In this document: positions 40,042 to 54,700 of the stretch, one piece after another
Layout: the number at the start of each line of letters is the position of its first letter
Position numbering within the stretch: position 1 is the first letter of the stretch
Position numbers and translations under genes: made by a program
NCBI GenBank assembly: GCA_964016885.1
Contig: OZ024741.1
Span: 261,578,001-261,642,000, forward strand
Origin: Eledone cirrhosa
Lineage: Eukaryota
DNA length: 64,000 nucleotides
Direction of reading: 5' to 3'
The notes under the pieces: model-generated
The model's input: the letters and a program-made list of their open reading frames with translations, nothing else
Told to the model about the DNA's origin: nothing
The model's database searches: none

Positions 40042-43000
40042 TTGACTTACGGGTGTTTCGGTGTACGAGTGTTTCGACTTAAGGATGTTTCGACTTACGA
40101 GTGTTTCGACTTACGAGTGTTTCGAGTTACGAGTGTTTCGACTTACGATTGTTTTGGCTTACGAATGTTTTGACTTACGGGTGTTTCGACTTACGGGTGT
40201 TTCGGCTTACGAGTGTTTTGACTTACGAGTGTTCTGACTACGAGTGTTCTGACTTACGGGTGTTCTGACTTACGAGTGTTCCGACTTACGAGTGTTTCGG
40301 CTAATGAGTGTTTCGACTTACGGGCGTTTCGACTTACGGGTGTTTCGACTTACGAGTGTTTCGACTTACGGGTGTTTCGACTTACGAGTGTTTTGAATTA
40401 CGATTGTTTCGGCTTACGAGTGTTTCGACTTACGAGTATTTCGACTTACGAGTTTTTTTACTTACGGTGTTTCGGCTTACGAGTGTTTCGACTTATGAGT
40501 GTTCTGATTTACGGATGTTTCGACATACGAGTGTTTCGACTTACGGTGTTTCGACTTACGAGTGTTTCGACTTGCGAGTGTTTCGACTACGGGTGTTTCG
40601 ACTTACGAATGTTTTGACTTACGGATGTTTTGACTTACGGGTGTTTCGGCTAACGAGTGTTTCGACTTACGAGTGTTCTGACTACGAGTGTTCTGACTTA
40701 CGGGTGTTCTGACTTACGAGTGTTCCGACTTACGAGTGTTTCGGCTTTCGAGTGTTTCGACTTACGAATGTTTTGCCTTACGGGTGTTCCGGTTTACGAG
40801 TGTTTCGACTTACGAGTATTCTGACTTACGAGTGTTCTGACTTACGAGTGTTCCGACTTACGAGTGTTTCGGCTTTCGAGTGTTTCGACTTACGAGTGTT
40901 TCGGGTTACGAGTGTTTCGACTTACGAATGTTTTCGCTTACGAGTGTTTCCGCTTACGAGTGTTTCGACTTACGAGTGTTTCGACTTACGAGTGTTTTGA
41001 CTTACGGTTTTTCGGCTTGCGAGTGTTTCGACATACGAGTGTTTTGACTTACGGGCGTTTCGACTTACGGGTGTTTCGACTTACGAGTGTTTCGACTTAC
41101 GAGTGTTCTGACTTACGAGTGTTCTGACTTGCGAGTGTTCCGACTTACGAGTGTTTCGGCTTACGAGTGTTTCGACATACGAGTGTTTTGACTTACGGAT
41201 GTTTCAACTTACGGGTGTTTCGACTTACGAGTGTTTCGACTTACGAGTGTTCTGACTACGAGTGTTCTGACTTACGGGTGCTCTGACTTACGAGTGTTTC
41301 GACTTACGAGTGTTTCGACTTACGAGTGTTTCGGCTTACGAGTGTTTCGACTTACGAGTGTTTTGACTTACGAATGTTTTGCCTTACGGGTGTTCCGGTT
41401 TACGAGTGTTTCGACTTACGAGTATTCTGACTTACGAGTGTTCCGACTTACGGGTGTTTCGACTTACGAGTGTTTCGACATACGAGTGTTCCGACCTATG
41501 AGGGTTTCGGCTTACTGGTGTTCCGACTTACGAGTATTTTCGGCTGACGAGTGTTTCGAGTTACGAGTGTTTTGACTTACGATTGTTTCGGCTTACGAGT
41601 GTTTCGGCTTACGAGTGTTTTGATTTACGAGTGTTTTGACTTACGGGTGTTTCGACTTACGCGTGTTTCGACATACGAGTGTTTCGACTTACGAGTGTTT
41701 CGGCTTATGAGTGTTTCGAATTACGAGTGTTTTGACTTACGGGTGTTTTGACATACGAGTGTTTCGGTACGAGTGTTCTGACTTACGAGTGTTCTGACTT
41801 ACGAGTGTTCTGACTAACGGGTGTTCTGACTTACGAGTGTTGCGACTTACGAGTGTTTCGGCTATGAGTGTTTTGACTTACGTGTGTTTCGACTTACGGG
41901 TGTTTCGACTTACGAGTGTTTCGACTTACGTGTGTTTCCGCTTACGAGTGTTTCGGCTTACGAGTGTTTCGAATTACGAGTGTTTTGGCTTACGAATGTT
42001 TTGACTTACGGGTGTTTCGGTGTACGAGTGTTTCGACTTAAGGATGTTTCGACTTACGAGTGTTTTGACTTACGAGTGTTCTGACTTACGAGTGTTCTGA
42101 CTTACGAGTGTTCCGACTTACGAGTGTTCCGACTTACGAGTGTTTCGGCTTACGAGTGTTTCGGCTTACGAGTGTTTCGGCTTATGAGTGTTTTGACTTA
42201 CGAGTGTTCTGACTACGAGTGTTCTGACTTACGGGTGTTCTGACTTACGAGTGTTCCGACTTACGAGTGTTTCGGCTAATGAGTGTTTCGACTTACGGGC
42301 GTTTCGACTTACGGGTGTTTCGACTTACGAGTGTTTCGACTTACGGGTGTTTCGACTTACGAGTGTTTTGAATTACGATTGTTTCGGCTTACGAGTGTTT
42401 CGACTTACGAGTATTTCGACTTACGAGTTTTTTTACTTACGGTGTTTCGGCTTACGAGTGTTTCGACTTATGAGTGTTCTGATTTACGGATGTTTCGACA
42501 TACGAGTGTTTTGACTTACGGTGTTTCGGCTTACGAGTGTTTCGACTTACGAGTGTTTCGACTTACGGGTGTTTCGACTTACGAGTGTTTCGACTTACGA
42601 GTGTTTCGACTTACGGGTGTTTCGGCTTACGAGTGTTTCGACTTACGAGTGTTCTGACTTACGAGTGTTCCGGCTTACGAGTTTTTCGACTTACGAGTGT
42701 TTCGACTTACGAGTGTTTCGGCTTACAAGTGTTTCGGCTTACGAGTGGTTTGACTTACGAGTGTTCTGACTACGAGTGTTCTGTCTTACGAGTGTTTCGA
42801 CTTACGAGTGTTTCGGCTTATGAGTGTTTCGACTTACGAGTGTTTCGGCTTACGAGTGTTTCGACTTACGAGTGTTTCGACTTACGGGTGTTTCGACTTA
42901 CGAGTGTTTCGACTACGAGTGTTTCGACTTACGAGTGTTTCGGCTTACGAGTGTTTCGACTTATGGGTGTTTCGACTTACGAGTGTTTTTACTTACGGTG

Positions 43001-46000
43001 TTTCGGCTTACGAGTGTTTCGACATACGAGTGTTTTGACTTACGGGTGTTTCGACTTACGAGTGTTTCGACTTACGAATGTTTTGACTTACGGGTGTTTC
43101 GGCTTACGAGTGTTTCGATTTATGAGTGTTTCGGCTTACGAGTGTTTCGACTTACTAATGTTTTTACTTACGAGTGTTTCGGCGTACGAGAGTTTTGACT
43201 TACGAGTGTTTCTACTTACGAGTGTTTCGACTTACGAGTGTTTTGACTTACGAATGTTTTGACTTACGGGTGTTTCGGCTTACGAGTGTTTCGACTTACG
43301 AGTCTTTCGGCTTACGAGTGTTTCGACTTACCAATGTTTTTACTTACGAGTGTTTCGGCGTACGAGTGTTTCGACTTACGAGTGTTTCGACTTACGGGTG
43401 TTTTGACTTACGGGTGTTTCGGCTTACGAGTATTTTTGGCTTACGAGTGTTTCGACTTACGAGTGTTTTGACTTACGAGTGTTCTAATTTACGGATGTTT
43501 CGACATACGAGTGTTTTGACTTACGAGTGTTTCGACTTACGACTGTTTCGACTTACGAGTGTTTCGGCTTACGAGTGGTTTGACTTACGACTGTTCTGAC
43601 TACGAGTGTTTTGACTTACGAGTGTTTCGGCTTATGAGTGTTTCGACTTACGAGTGTTTCGGCTTATGAGTGTTTCGACTTACGAGTGTTTCGGTTTACG
43701 AGTGTTTCGACTTACGAGTGTTTCGACTTACGGGTGTTTCGACTTACGAGTGTTTCGACTACGAGTGTTTCGACTTACGAGTGTTTCGGCTTACGAGTGT
43801 TTCGACATACGGGTGTTTCGACTTACGATGTTTCGGCTTACGAGTGTTTCGACTTACGAGTGTTCTGACTTACGAGTGTTCTAATTTACGGATGTTTCGA
43901 CATACGAGTGTTTTGACTTACGAGTGTTTCGACTTACGAGTGTTTCGACTTACGAGTGTTCCGACTTACGAGTGTTTCGGCTTACGAGTGTTTCGGCTTA
44001 CGAGTGTTTCGACTTACGAGTGTTTCGACTTACGAGTGTTTCGACTTACGAGTGTTTCGACTTACGAGTGTTTTGAGATACGGTGTTTCGGCTTACGAGT
44101 GTTTCGACTTACGAGTGTTTCGACTTACGAGTGTTTTGATATACGGTGTTTCGGCTTACGAGTGTTTCGACATACGAGTGTTTTGACTTACGGGTGTTTC
44201 GACTTTCGGGTGTTTCGACTTAAGAGTGTTTCGACTTACGAGCGCTTCGACTTACGAGTGTTCTGACTTACCAGTGTTCCGACTTACGAGTGTTTCTGCT
44301 TACGAGTGTTTCGACTTACGAGTGTTTCGACTTACGAGTGTTTCGGCGTACGAGTGTTTTGACTTACGAGTGTTTCGACTTACGAGTGTTTCGACTTACG
44401 AGTGCTTTGACTTACGAATGTTTTGACTTACTTCGACTTACGAGTGATCTGACTTACGAGTGTTCCTACTTACGAGTGTTTCGACTTACGAGTGTTTCGA
44501 CTTGCGAGTGTTTCGACTTACGAGTGTTTCGACTTACGAGTGTTCTGACTTACGAGTGTTCTGACTTACGAGTGTTCCGACTTACGAGTGTTTCGGCTTA
44601 CGAGTGTTTCGACTTACGAGTGTTCCGGCTTACGCGTCTTTCGACATACGAGTTTTTCGGCTTATGAGTGTTTCAACTTACGAGTGCTGCGGCTTACGAG
44701 TGTTTCGACTTACGAGTGTTCTGACTTACGAGTGTTCTGACTTACGAATGTTCCGACTTACGAGTCTTTCGACTTACGAATGTTTTGGCTTACGAGTGTT
44801 TCGGCTTATGAGTGTTTCGACTTACGAGTGTTTCGACATACGAGTGTTTTGACTTACGGATGTTTCGACTTACGGGTGTTTCGACTTAAGAGTGTTTCGA
44901 CTTACGAGCGCTTCGACTCACGAGTGTTCTGACTTACGAGTGTTCTGACTTACGAATGTTCCGACTTACGAGTCTTTCGACTTACGAATGTTTTGGCTTA
45001 CGAGTGTTTCGGCTTATGAGTGTTCCGACTTACGGGTGTTTCGACTTACGAGTGTTTCGACATTCGAGTGTTCCGACCTATGAGGGTTTCGGCTTACTGG
45101 TGTTCCGACTTACGAGTATTTTCGGCTGACGAGTGTTTCGAGTTACGAGTGTTTTGACTTACGATTGTTTCGGCTTACGAGTGTTTCGGCTTACGAGTGT
45201 TTTAATTTACGAGTGTTTTGACTTACGGGTGTTTCGACTTACGCGTGTTTCGACTTACGAGTGTTTCGACTTACGAGTGTTTCGGCTTATGAGTGTTTCG
45301 AATTACGAGTGTTTTGACTTACGGGTGTTTTGACATACGAGTGTTTCGGTACGAGTGTTCTGACTTACGAGTGTTCTGACTTACGAGTGTTCTGACTTAC
45401 GAGTGTTCTGACTAACGGGGTTCTGACTTACGAGTGTTGCGACTTACGAGTGTTTCGGCTATGAGTGTTTTGACTTACGTGTGTTTCGACTTACGGGTGT
45501 TTCGACTTACGAGTGTTTCGACTTACGTGTGTTTCCGCTTACGAGTGTTTCGGCTTACGAGTGTTTCGAATTACGAGTGTTTTGGCTTACGAATGTTTTG
45601 ACTTACGGGTGTTTCGGTGTACGAGTGTTTCGACTTAAGGATGTTTCGACTTACGAGTGTTTCGACTTACGAGTGTTTCGACTTACGAGTGTTTCGACTT
45701 ACGAGTGTTTTGGCTTACGAATGTTTTGACTTACGGGTGTTTCGACTTACGGGTGTTTCGGCTTACGAGTGTTTCGACTTACGAGTGTTTTGACTTACGA
45801 GTGTTCTGACTTACGAGTGTTCTGACTTACGAGTGTTCCGACTTACGAGTGTTTCGGCTTACGAGTGTTTCGGCTTACGAGTGTTTCGGCTTATGAGTGT
45901 TTTGACTTACGAGTGTTCTGACTACGAGTGTTCTGACTTACGGGTGTTCTGACTTACGAGTGTTCCGACTTACGAGTGTTTCGGCTAATGAGTGTTTCGA

Positions 46001-46880
46001 CTTACGGGCGTTTCGACTTACGGGTGTTTCGACTTACGAGTGTTTCGACTTACGGGTGTTTCGACTTACGAGTGTTTTGAATTACGATTGTTTCGGCTTA
46101 CGAGTGTTTCGACTTACGAGTATTTCGACTTACGAGTTTTTTTACTTACGGTGTTTCGGCTTACGCGTGTTTCGACTTATGAGTGTTCTGATTTACGGAT
46201 GTTTCGACATACGAGTGTTTCGACTTACGGTGTTTCGACTTACGAGTGTTTCGACTTACGAGTGTTTCGACTTACGGGTGTTTCGACTTACGAGTGTTTC
46301 GACTTACGAGTGTTTCGACTTACGGGTGTTTCGGCTTACGAGTGTTTCGACTTACGAGTGTTCTGACTTACGAGTGTTCCGGCTTACGAGTTTTTCGACT
46401 TACGAGTGTTTCGACTTACGAGTGTTTCGGCTTACAAGTGTTTCGGCTTACGAGTGGTTTGACTTACGAATGTTCTGACTACGAGTGTTCTGTCTTACGA
46501 GTGTTTCGACTTACGAGTGTTTCGGCTTATGAGTGTTTCGACTTACGAGTGTTTCGGCTTACGAGTGTTTCGACTTACGAGTGTTTCGACTTACGGGTGT
46601 TTCGACTTACGAGTGTTTCGACTACGAGTGTTTCGACTTATGAGTGTTTTGACTTACGGTGTTTCGGCTTACGAGTGTTTCGACTTACGAGTGTTTTGAC
46701 TTACTGGTGTTTTGACATACGAGTGTTTCGATACGAGTGTTTCGACTTACGAGTGTTCTGACTTACGAGTGTTCTGACTTACGAGTGTTCTGACTTACGA
46801 GTGTTCTAACTTACGAGTGTTCTGACTTACGAGTGTTCTGACTTACGAGTGTTTCGGCTTACGAGTGTTTCGACTTACGA

Positions 46881-46949
46881 AAATAACAAATAGACGCGGT
46901 TTCAAATCTCTATGCTTTTCAAATTCAGTACATTAATCTTTATTTATAC
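46881..46949 (+). repeat. 69-bp AT-rich insert, copy 10
   Basis: Copy 7 position + 13,460. Confidence 0.95.
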
Positions 46950-47960
46950 GTTTCGCTTTACGAGTGTTCCGGCTTACGCGTCTTTCGACTTACGAGTGTT
47001 TCGGCTTATGAGTGTTTCGACTTACGAGTGCTTCGGCTTACGAGTGTTTCGACTTACGAGTGTTCTGACTTACGACTGTTCTGACTTACGAATGTTCCGA
47101 CTTACGAGTCTTTCGACTTACGAATGTTTTGGCTTACGAGTGTTTCGGCTTATGAGTGTTTCGACTTACGAGTGTTTCGACATACGAGTGTTTTGACTTA
47201 CGGGTGTTTCGACTTACGGGTGTTTCGACTTAAGAGTGTTTCGACTTACGAGCGCTTCGACTTACGAGTGTTCTGACTTACGAGTGTTCCGACTTACGAG
47301 TGTTTCGGCTTACGAGTGTTTCGACTTACGAGTGTTCCGGCTTACGCGTGTTTCGACTTACGAGTGTTTCGGCTTATGAGTGTTTCGTCTTACGAGTGCT
47401 TCGGCTTACGAGTGTTTCGACTTACGAGTGTTTCGGCTTACGAGTGTTTCGACTTACGAATGTTTTGGCTTACGAGTGTTTCGGCTTACGAGTGTTTCGA
47501 CTTACGGGTGTTTCGACTTACGGGTGTTCCGTCTTAAGAGTGATTCGACTTACGAGCGCTTCGACTTACGAGTGTTCCGACTTACGAGTGTTTCTGCTTA
47601 CGAGTGTTTCGACTTACGAATGTTTCGACTTACGAGTGTTTTGACTTACGGTTGTTTCGGCTTACGACTGTTTCGACTTACGAGTGTTTCGGCTTACGAA
47701 TGTTTTGACTTACGAGTATTTCGGCTTACAAGTGTTTCGACTTACGACTGTTTTGACTTACGGTTGTTTCGGCTTACGACTGTTTCGACTTACGAGTGTT
47801 TCGGCTTACGAGTGTTTCGGCTTACGAGTGTTTCGACTTACGAGTGTTTGGGCTTACGAGTGTTTCAGTGTTTCGGCTTACGTGTGTTTCGACTTACGAG
47901 TGTTTCGATTTACGAGTGTTTCGGCTTACGAGTGTTTCGGCTTACGAGTGTTTCGGCTTA

Positions 47961-48699
47961 TTATATATAAACGTTTCTATTTCCATCGTTTTATCGAAAA
48001 CGTTTATATATTTCCATCGTTATATCATAACGTTTATATTTCCGTCACTAATCTCTTTTTCTCCTTTTTCGTTTTAACATATATTTATTTCAAAGATTTC
48101 ACCGTATAGATAACATATATATTTATACATGCATAAAAGACACACTGAGAGACGGTGAACATGTGGTGCCAAAAACATTTCTAATCCAAATCTCAACAAT
48201 ATCAGTATATACACTAGATTTGCTAGCAGGAAACCGCCCACCGGGTGGTCTTCTGCTAGTCTATATATATAAAACTGAGGATGTCTGTCTGTGTGTGAGT
48301 TTGAATCCCTAAAACTCGAGAACCACCCAACCGACTGTTTTCAAACTTTACACATGTAATACTTACGTTTCAGGGAGTGTTCTGAGCAAACAATATTTCA
48401 AATTTTCAATGCCCTAGGGACCACATTAGGCGATTTAGCGATCTCTCTCTATAATTCTTAGTCTTTCTCTTTTTAGATAGATACATACATATAACGTCGT
48501 GCCCTTATAATATCTGTCTGTATGTCTGGCTGTCTGCATTACGTCACTTCCCTGAGGATGTCTGTCTGTGTGTGTGTCTGTGAGTTTGAATCCCTAAAAT
48601 GCGAGAAGTACCCAACCGATTTTTTTCAAACTTTACATGTGTATTACTTATGTTTCAGGGAGTGTTTGTTATGCACATAAAATTCAACCTTTTGATCTG
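47961..48699 (+). mobile_element. 739-bp island, copy 3: putative Helitron head-to-tail junction
   Basis: Matches copy 2 at offset 13,460. CTAG|TC junction at 48259/48260. Confidence 0.7.
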
Positions 48700-49891
48700 G
48701 TGTTTCGACTTACGAGTGTTTCGACTTACGAGTGTTTCGACTTACGAGTGTTTTGACTTACGAGTGTTTTGACTTACGGTATTTCTGCTTACGAGTGTTT
48801 CGACTTACGAGTGTTCTGACCTACGAGTGTTCTGACTTACGAGTTTTTCGACTTACGAGTGTTTTGACTTACGGGTGTTTCGACTTGCGAGTGTTTCGAG
48901 TTACGAGTGTTTCGAGTTACGAGTGTTTCGACTTACGAGTATTTTGACTTACGAATGTTCTGACTTACGGGTGTTTCGGCTTCCGAGTGTTTCGACTTAC
49001 GAGTGTTATAACTTGCGGGTCTTTCGATTTACGCGTGTTTTGACTTACGGGCGTTTCGACTTAGGAGTGTTTCGACTACGAATGTTCCGACATACGAGTG
49101 TTTCGACTTACGAGTGTTTCGACTTACGAGTGTTCTGACTTACGAGTGTTCCGGCTTACGAGTTTTTCGACTTACGAGTGTTTCGACTTACGAGTGTTTC
49201 GACTTACGAGTGTTTCGGCTTACGAGTGGTTTGACTTACGAGTGTTCTGACTACGAGTGTTCTGACTTACGAGTGTTTCGGTTTATGAGTGTTTCGACTT
49301 ACGAGTGTTTCGGCTTACGAGTGTTTCGACTTACGAGTGTTTCGACTTACGGGTGTTTCGACTTACGAGTGTTTCGTCTACGAGTGTTTCGACTTACGAG
49401 TGTTTCGGCTTACGAGTGTTTCGACATACGGATGTTTCGACTTACGGTGTTTCGGCTTACGAGTGTTTCGACTTACGAGTGTTCTGACTTACGAGTGTTC
49501 TGACTTATGAGTGTTCTGACTTACGAGTGTTCCGACTTACGAGTGTTTCGGCTTACGAGTGTTTCGGCTTACGAGTGTTTCGACTTACGAGTGTTTCGAC
49601 TTACGAGTGTTTCGACTTATGAGTGTTTTGAGTTACGGTGTTTCGGCTTACGAGTGTTTCGACTTACGAGTGTTTTGACTTACTGGTGTTTTGACATACG
49701 AGTGTTTCGATACGAGTGTTTCGACTTACGAGTGTTCTGACTTACGAGTGTTCTGACTTACGAGTGTTCTGACTTACGAGTGATCTAACTTACGAGTGTT
49801 CTGACTTACGAGTGTTCTGACTTACGAGTGTTCTGACTTACGAGTGTTTCGGCTCACGAGTGTTTCGGCTTACGAGTGTTTCGACTTACGA

Positions 49892-49960
49892 AAATAACAA
49901 ATAGACGCGGTTTCAAATCTCTATGCTTTTCAAATTCAGTACATTAATCTTTATTTATAC
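49892..49960 (+). repeat. 69-bp AT-rich insert, copy 11
   Basis: Copy 8 position + 13,460. Confidence 0.95.
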
Positions 49961-51709
49961 GTTTCGCTTTACGAGTGTTTCGACTTACGAGTGTTTCGAC
50001 TTACGAGTGTTTCGGCTTACGAGTGTTTTGACTTACGAGTGTTTTGACTTACATGTTTTTCGACTTACGCGTGTTTCGACTTACGAGTGTTTCGACTTGC
50101 GAGTGTTTCGACTACGGGTGTTTCGACTTACGAATGTTTTGACTTACGGATGTTTTGACTTACGGGTGTTTCGGCTTATGAGTGTTTCGACTTACGAGTG
50201 TTCTGACTTACGAGTGTTCTGACTTACGAGTGTTCCGACTTACGAGTGTTTCGACTTAAGAGTGTTTCGGATTACGAGTGCTTCGACTTACGAGTGTTTC
50301 GGCTAACGAGTGTTTCGACTTACGAGTGTTCTGACTACGAGTGTTCTGACTTACGGGTGTTCTGACTTACGAGTGTTCCGACTTACGAGTGTTCGGCTTT
50401 CGAGTGTTTCGACTTACGAGTGTTTCGGGTTACGAGTGTTTCGACTTACGAATGTTTTCGCTTACGAGTGTTTCCGCTTACGAGTGTTTCGACTTACGAG
50501 TGTTTCGACTTACGAGTGTTTTGACTTACGGTTGTTCGGCTTGCGAGTGTTTCGACATACGAGCGTTTTGACTTACGGGCGTTTCGACCTACGGGTGTTT
50601 CGACTTACGAGTGTTTCGACTTACGAGTGTTCTGACTTACGAGTGTTCTGACTTGCGAGTGTTCCGACTTACGAGTGTTTCGGCTTACGAGTGTTTCGAC
50701 TTACGAGTGTTTCGGCTTACGAGTGTTTCGACTTACGAGTGTTTTGACTTACGAATGTTTTGCCTTACGGGTGTTCCGGTTTACGAGTGTTTCGACTTAC
50801 GAGTATTCTGACTTACGAGTGTTCCGACTTACGGGTGTTTCGACTTACGAGTGTTTCGACATACGAGTGTTCCGACCTATGAGGGTTTCGGCTTACTGGT
50901 GTTCCGACTTACGAGTATTTTCGGCTGACGAGTGTTTCGAGTTACGAGTGTTTTGACTTACGATTGTTTCGGCTTACGAGTGGTTTGACTTACGAGTGTT
51001 TCGGCTTACGAGTGGTTTGACTTACGAGTGTTCTGACTACGAGTGTTCTGACTTACGAGTGTTTCGGCTTATGAGTGTTTCGACTTACGAGTGTTTCGGT
51101 TTATGAGTGTTTCGACTTACGAGTGTTTCGGCTTACGAGTGTTTCGACCTACGAGTGTTTCGACTTACGGGTGTTTCGACTTACGAGTGTTTCGTCTACG
51201 AGTGTTTCGACTTACGAGTGTTTCGGCTTACGAGTGTTTCGACATACGGGTGTTTCGACTTACGGTGTTTCGGCTTACGAGTGTTTCGACTTACGAGTGT
51301 TCTGACTTACGAGTGTTCTGACTTATGAGTGTTCTGACTTACGAGTGTTCCGACTTACGAGTGTTTCGGCTTACGAGTGTTTCGGCTTACGAGTGTTTCG
51401 ACTTACGAGTGTTTCGACTTACGAGTGTTTCGACTTATGAGTGTTTTGACTTACGGTGTTTCGGCTTACGAGTGTTTCGACTTACGAGTGTTTTGACTTA
51501 CTGGTGTTTTGACATACGAGTGTTTCGATACGAGTGTTTCGACTTACGAGTGTTCTGACTTACGAGTGTTCTGACTTACGAGTGTTCTGACTTACGAGTG
51601 TTCTAACTTACGAGTGTTCTGACTTACGAGTGTTCTGACTTACGAGTGTTCCAACTTACGAGTGTTTCGGCTCACGAGTGTTTCGGCTTACGAGTGTTTC
51701 GACTTACGA

Positions 51710-51778
51710 AAATAACAAATAGACGCGGTTTCAAATCTCTATGCTTTTCAAATTCAGTACATTAATCTTTATTTATAC
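51710..51778 (+). repeat. 69-bp AT-rich insert, copy 12
   Basis: Copy 9 position + 13,460. Confidence 0.95.
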
Positions 51779-54700
51779 GTTTCGCTTTATGAGTGTTTCG
51801 ACTTACGAGTGTTTCGACTTACGAGTGTTTCGGCTTACGAGTGTTTTGACTTACGAGTGTTTTGACTTACATGTGTTTCGACTTACGCGTGTTTCGACTT
51901 ACGAGTGTTTCGACTTGCGAGTGTTTCGACTACGGGTGTTTCGACTTACGAATGTTTTGACTTACGGATGTTTTGACTTACGGGTGTTTCGGCTTACGAG
52001 TGTTTCGACTTACGAGTGTTCTGACTTACGAGTGTTCTGACTTACGAGTGTTCCGACTTACGAGTGTTTCGACTTAAGAGTGTTTCGGATTACGAGTGCT
52101 TCGACTTACGAGTGTTTCGGCTAACGAGTGTTTCGACTTACGAGTGTTCTGACTACGAGTGTTCTGACTTACGGATGTTCTGACTTACGAGTGTTCCGAC
52201 TTACGAGTGTTTCGGCTTTCGAGTGTTTCGACTTACGAGTGTTTCGGGTTACGAGAGTTTCGACATACGAATGTTTTCGCTTACGAGTGTTTCCGCTTAC
52301 GAGTGTTTCGACTTACGAGTGTTTCGGCTTGCGAGTGTTTCGACATACGAGTGTTTTGACTTACGGGCGTTTTGACTTACGGGTGTTTCGACTTACGAGT
52401 GTTTCCACTTACGAGTGTTCTGACTTACGAGTGTTCTGACTTGCGAGTGTTCCGACTTACGAGTGTTTCGGCTTACGAGTGTTTCGACATACGAGTGTTT
52501 TGACTTACGGATGTTTCAACTTACGGGTGTTTCGACTTACGAGTGTTTCGACTTACGAGTGTTCTGACTACGAGTGTTCTGACTTACGGGTGCTCTGACT
52601 TACGAGTGTTTCGACTTACGAGTGTTTCGACTTACGAGTGTTTCGGCTTACGAGTGTTTCGACTTACGAGTGTTTTGACTTACGAATGTTTTGCCTTACG
52701 GGTGTTCCGGTTTACGAGTGTTTCGACTTACGAGTATTCTGACTTACGAGTGTTCCGACTTACGGGTGTTTCGACTTACGAGTGTTTCGACATACGAGTG
52801 TTCCGACCTATGAGGGTTTCGGCTTACTGGTGTTCCGACTTACGAGTATTTTCGGCTGACGAGTGTTTCGAGTTACGAGTGTTTTGACTTACGATTGTTT
52901 CGGCTTACGAGTGTTTCGGCTTACGAGTGTTTTGATTTACGAGTGTTTTGACTTACGGGTGTTTCGACTTACGCGTGTTTCGACTTACGAGTGTTTCGAC
53001 TTACGAGTGTTTCGGCTTATGAGTGTTTCGAATTACGAGTGTTTTGACTTACGGGTGTTTTGACATACGAGTGTTTCGGTACGAGTGTTCTGACTTACGA
53101 GTGTTCTGACTTACGAGTGTTGCGACTTACGAGTGTTTCGGCTATGAGTGTTTTGACTTACGTGTGTTTCGACTTACGGGTGTTTCGACTTACGAGTGTT
53201 TCGACTTACGTGTGTTTCCGCTTACGAGTGTTTCGGCTTACGAGTGTTTCGAATTACGAGTGTTTTGACTTACGGGTGTTTTGACATACGAGTGTTTCGG
53301 TACGAGTGTTCTGACTTACGAGTGTTCTGACTTACGAGTGTTGCGACATACGAGTGTTTCGGCTATGAGTGTTTTGACTTACGTGTGTTTCGACTTACGG
53401 GTGTTTCGACTTACGAGTGTTTCGACTTACGTGTGTTTCCGCTTACGAGTGTTTCGGCTTACGAGTGTTTCGAATTACGAGTGTTTTGGCTTACGAATGT
53501 TTTGACTTACGGGTGTTTCGGTGTACGAGTGTTTCGACTTAAGGATGTTTCGACTTACGAGTGTTTCGACTTACGAGTGTTTCGAGTTACGAGTGTTTCG
53601 ACTTACGATTGTTTTGGCTTACGAATGTTTTGACTTACGGGTGTTTCGACTTACGGGTGTTTCGGCTTACGAGTGTTTTGACTTACGAGTGTTCTGACTA
53701 CGAGTGTTCTGACTTACGGGTGTTCTGACTTACGAGTGTTCCGACTTACGAGTGTTTCGGCTAATGAGTGTTTCGACTTACGGGCGTTTCGACTTACGGG
53801 TGTTTCGACTTACGAGTGTTTCGACTTACGGGTGTTTCGACTTACGAGTGTTTTGAATTACGATTGTTTCGGCTTACGAGTGTTTCGACTTACGAGTATT
53901 TCGACTTACGAGTTTTTTTACTTACGGTGTTTCGGCTTACGAGTGTTTCGACTTATGAGTGTTCTGATTTACGGATGTTTCGACATACGAGTGTTTCGAC
54001 TTACGGTGTTTCGACTTACGAGTGTTTCGACTTGCGAGTGTTTCGACTACGGGTGTTTCGACTTACGAATGTTTTGACTTACGGATGTTTTGACTTACGG
54101 GTGTTTCGGCTAACGAGTGTTTCGACTTACGAGTGTTCTGACTACGAGTGTTCTGACTTACGGGTGTTCTGACTTACGAGTGTTCCGACTTACGAGTGTT
54201 TCGGCTTTCGAGTGTTTCGACTTACGAATGTTTTGCCTTACGGGTGTTCCGGTTTACGAGTGTTTCGACTTACGAGTATTCTGACTTACGAGTGTTCTGA
54301 CTTACGAGTGTTCCGACTTACGAGTGTTTCGGCTTTCGAGTGTTTCGACTTACGAGTGTTTCGGGTTACGAGTGTTTCGACTTACGAATGTTTTCGCTTA
54401 CGAGTGTTTCCGCTTACGAGTGTTTCGACTTACGAGTGTTTCGACTTACGAGTGTTTTGACTTACGGTTTTTCGGCTTGCGAGTGTTTCGACATACGAGT
54501 GTTTTGACTTACGGGCGTTTCGACTTACGGGTGTTTCGACTTACGAGTGTTTCGACTTACGAGTGTTCTGACTTACGAGTGTTCTGACTTGCGAGTGTTC
54601 CGACTTACGAGTGTTTCGGCTTACGAGTGTTTCGACATACGAGTGTTTTGACTTACGGATGTTTCAACTTACGGGTGTTTCGACTTACGAGTGTTTCGAC

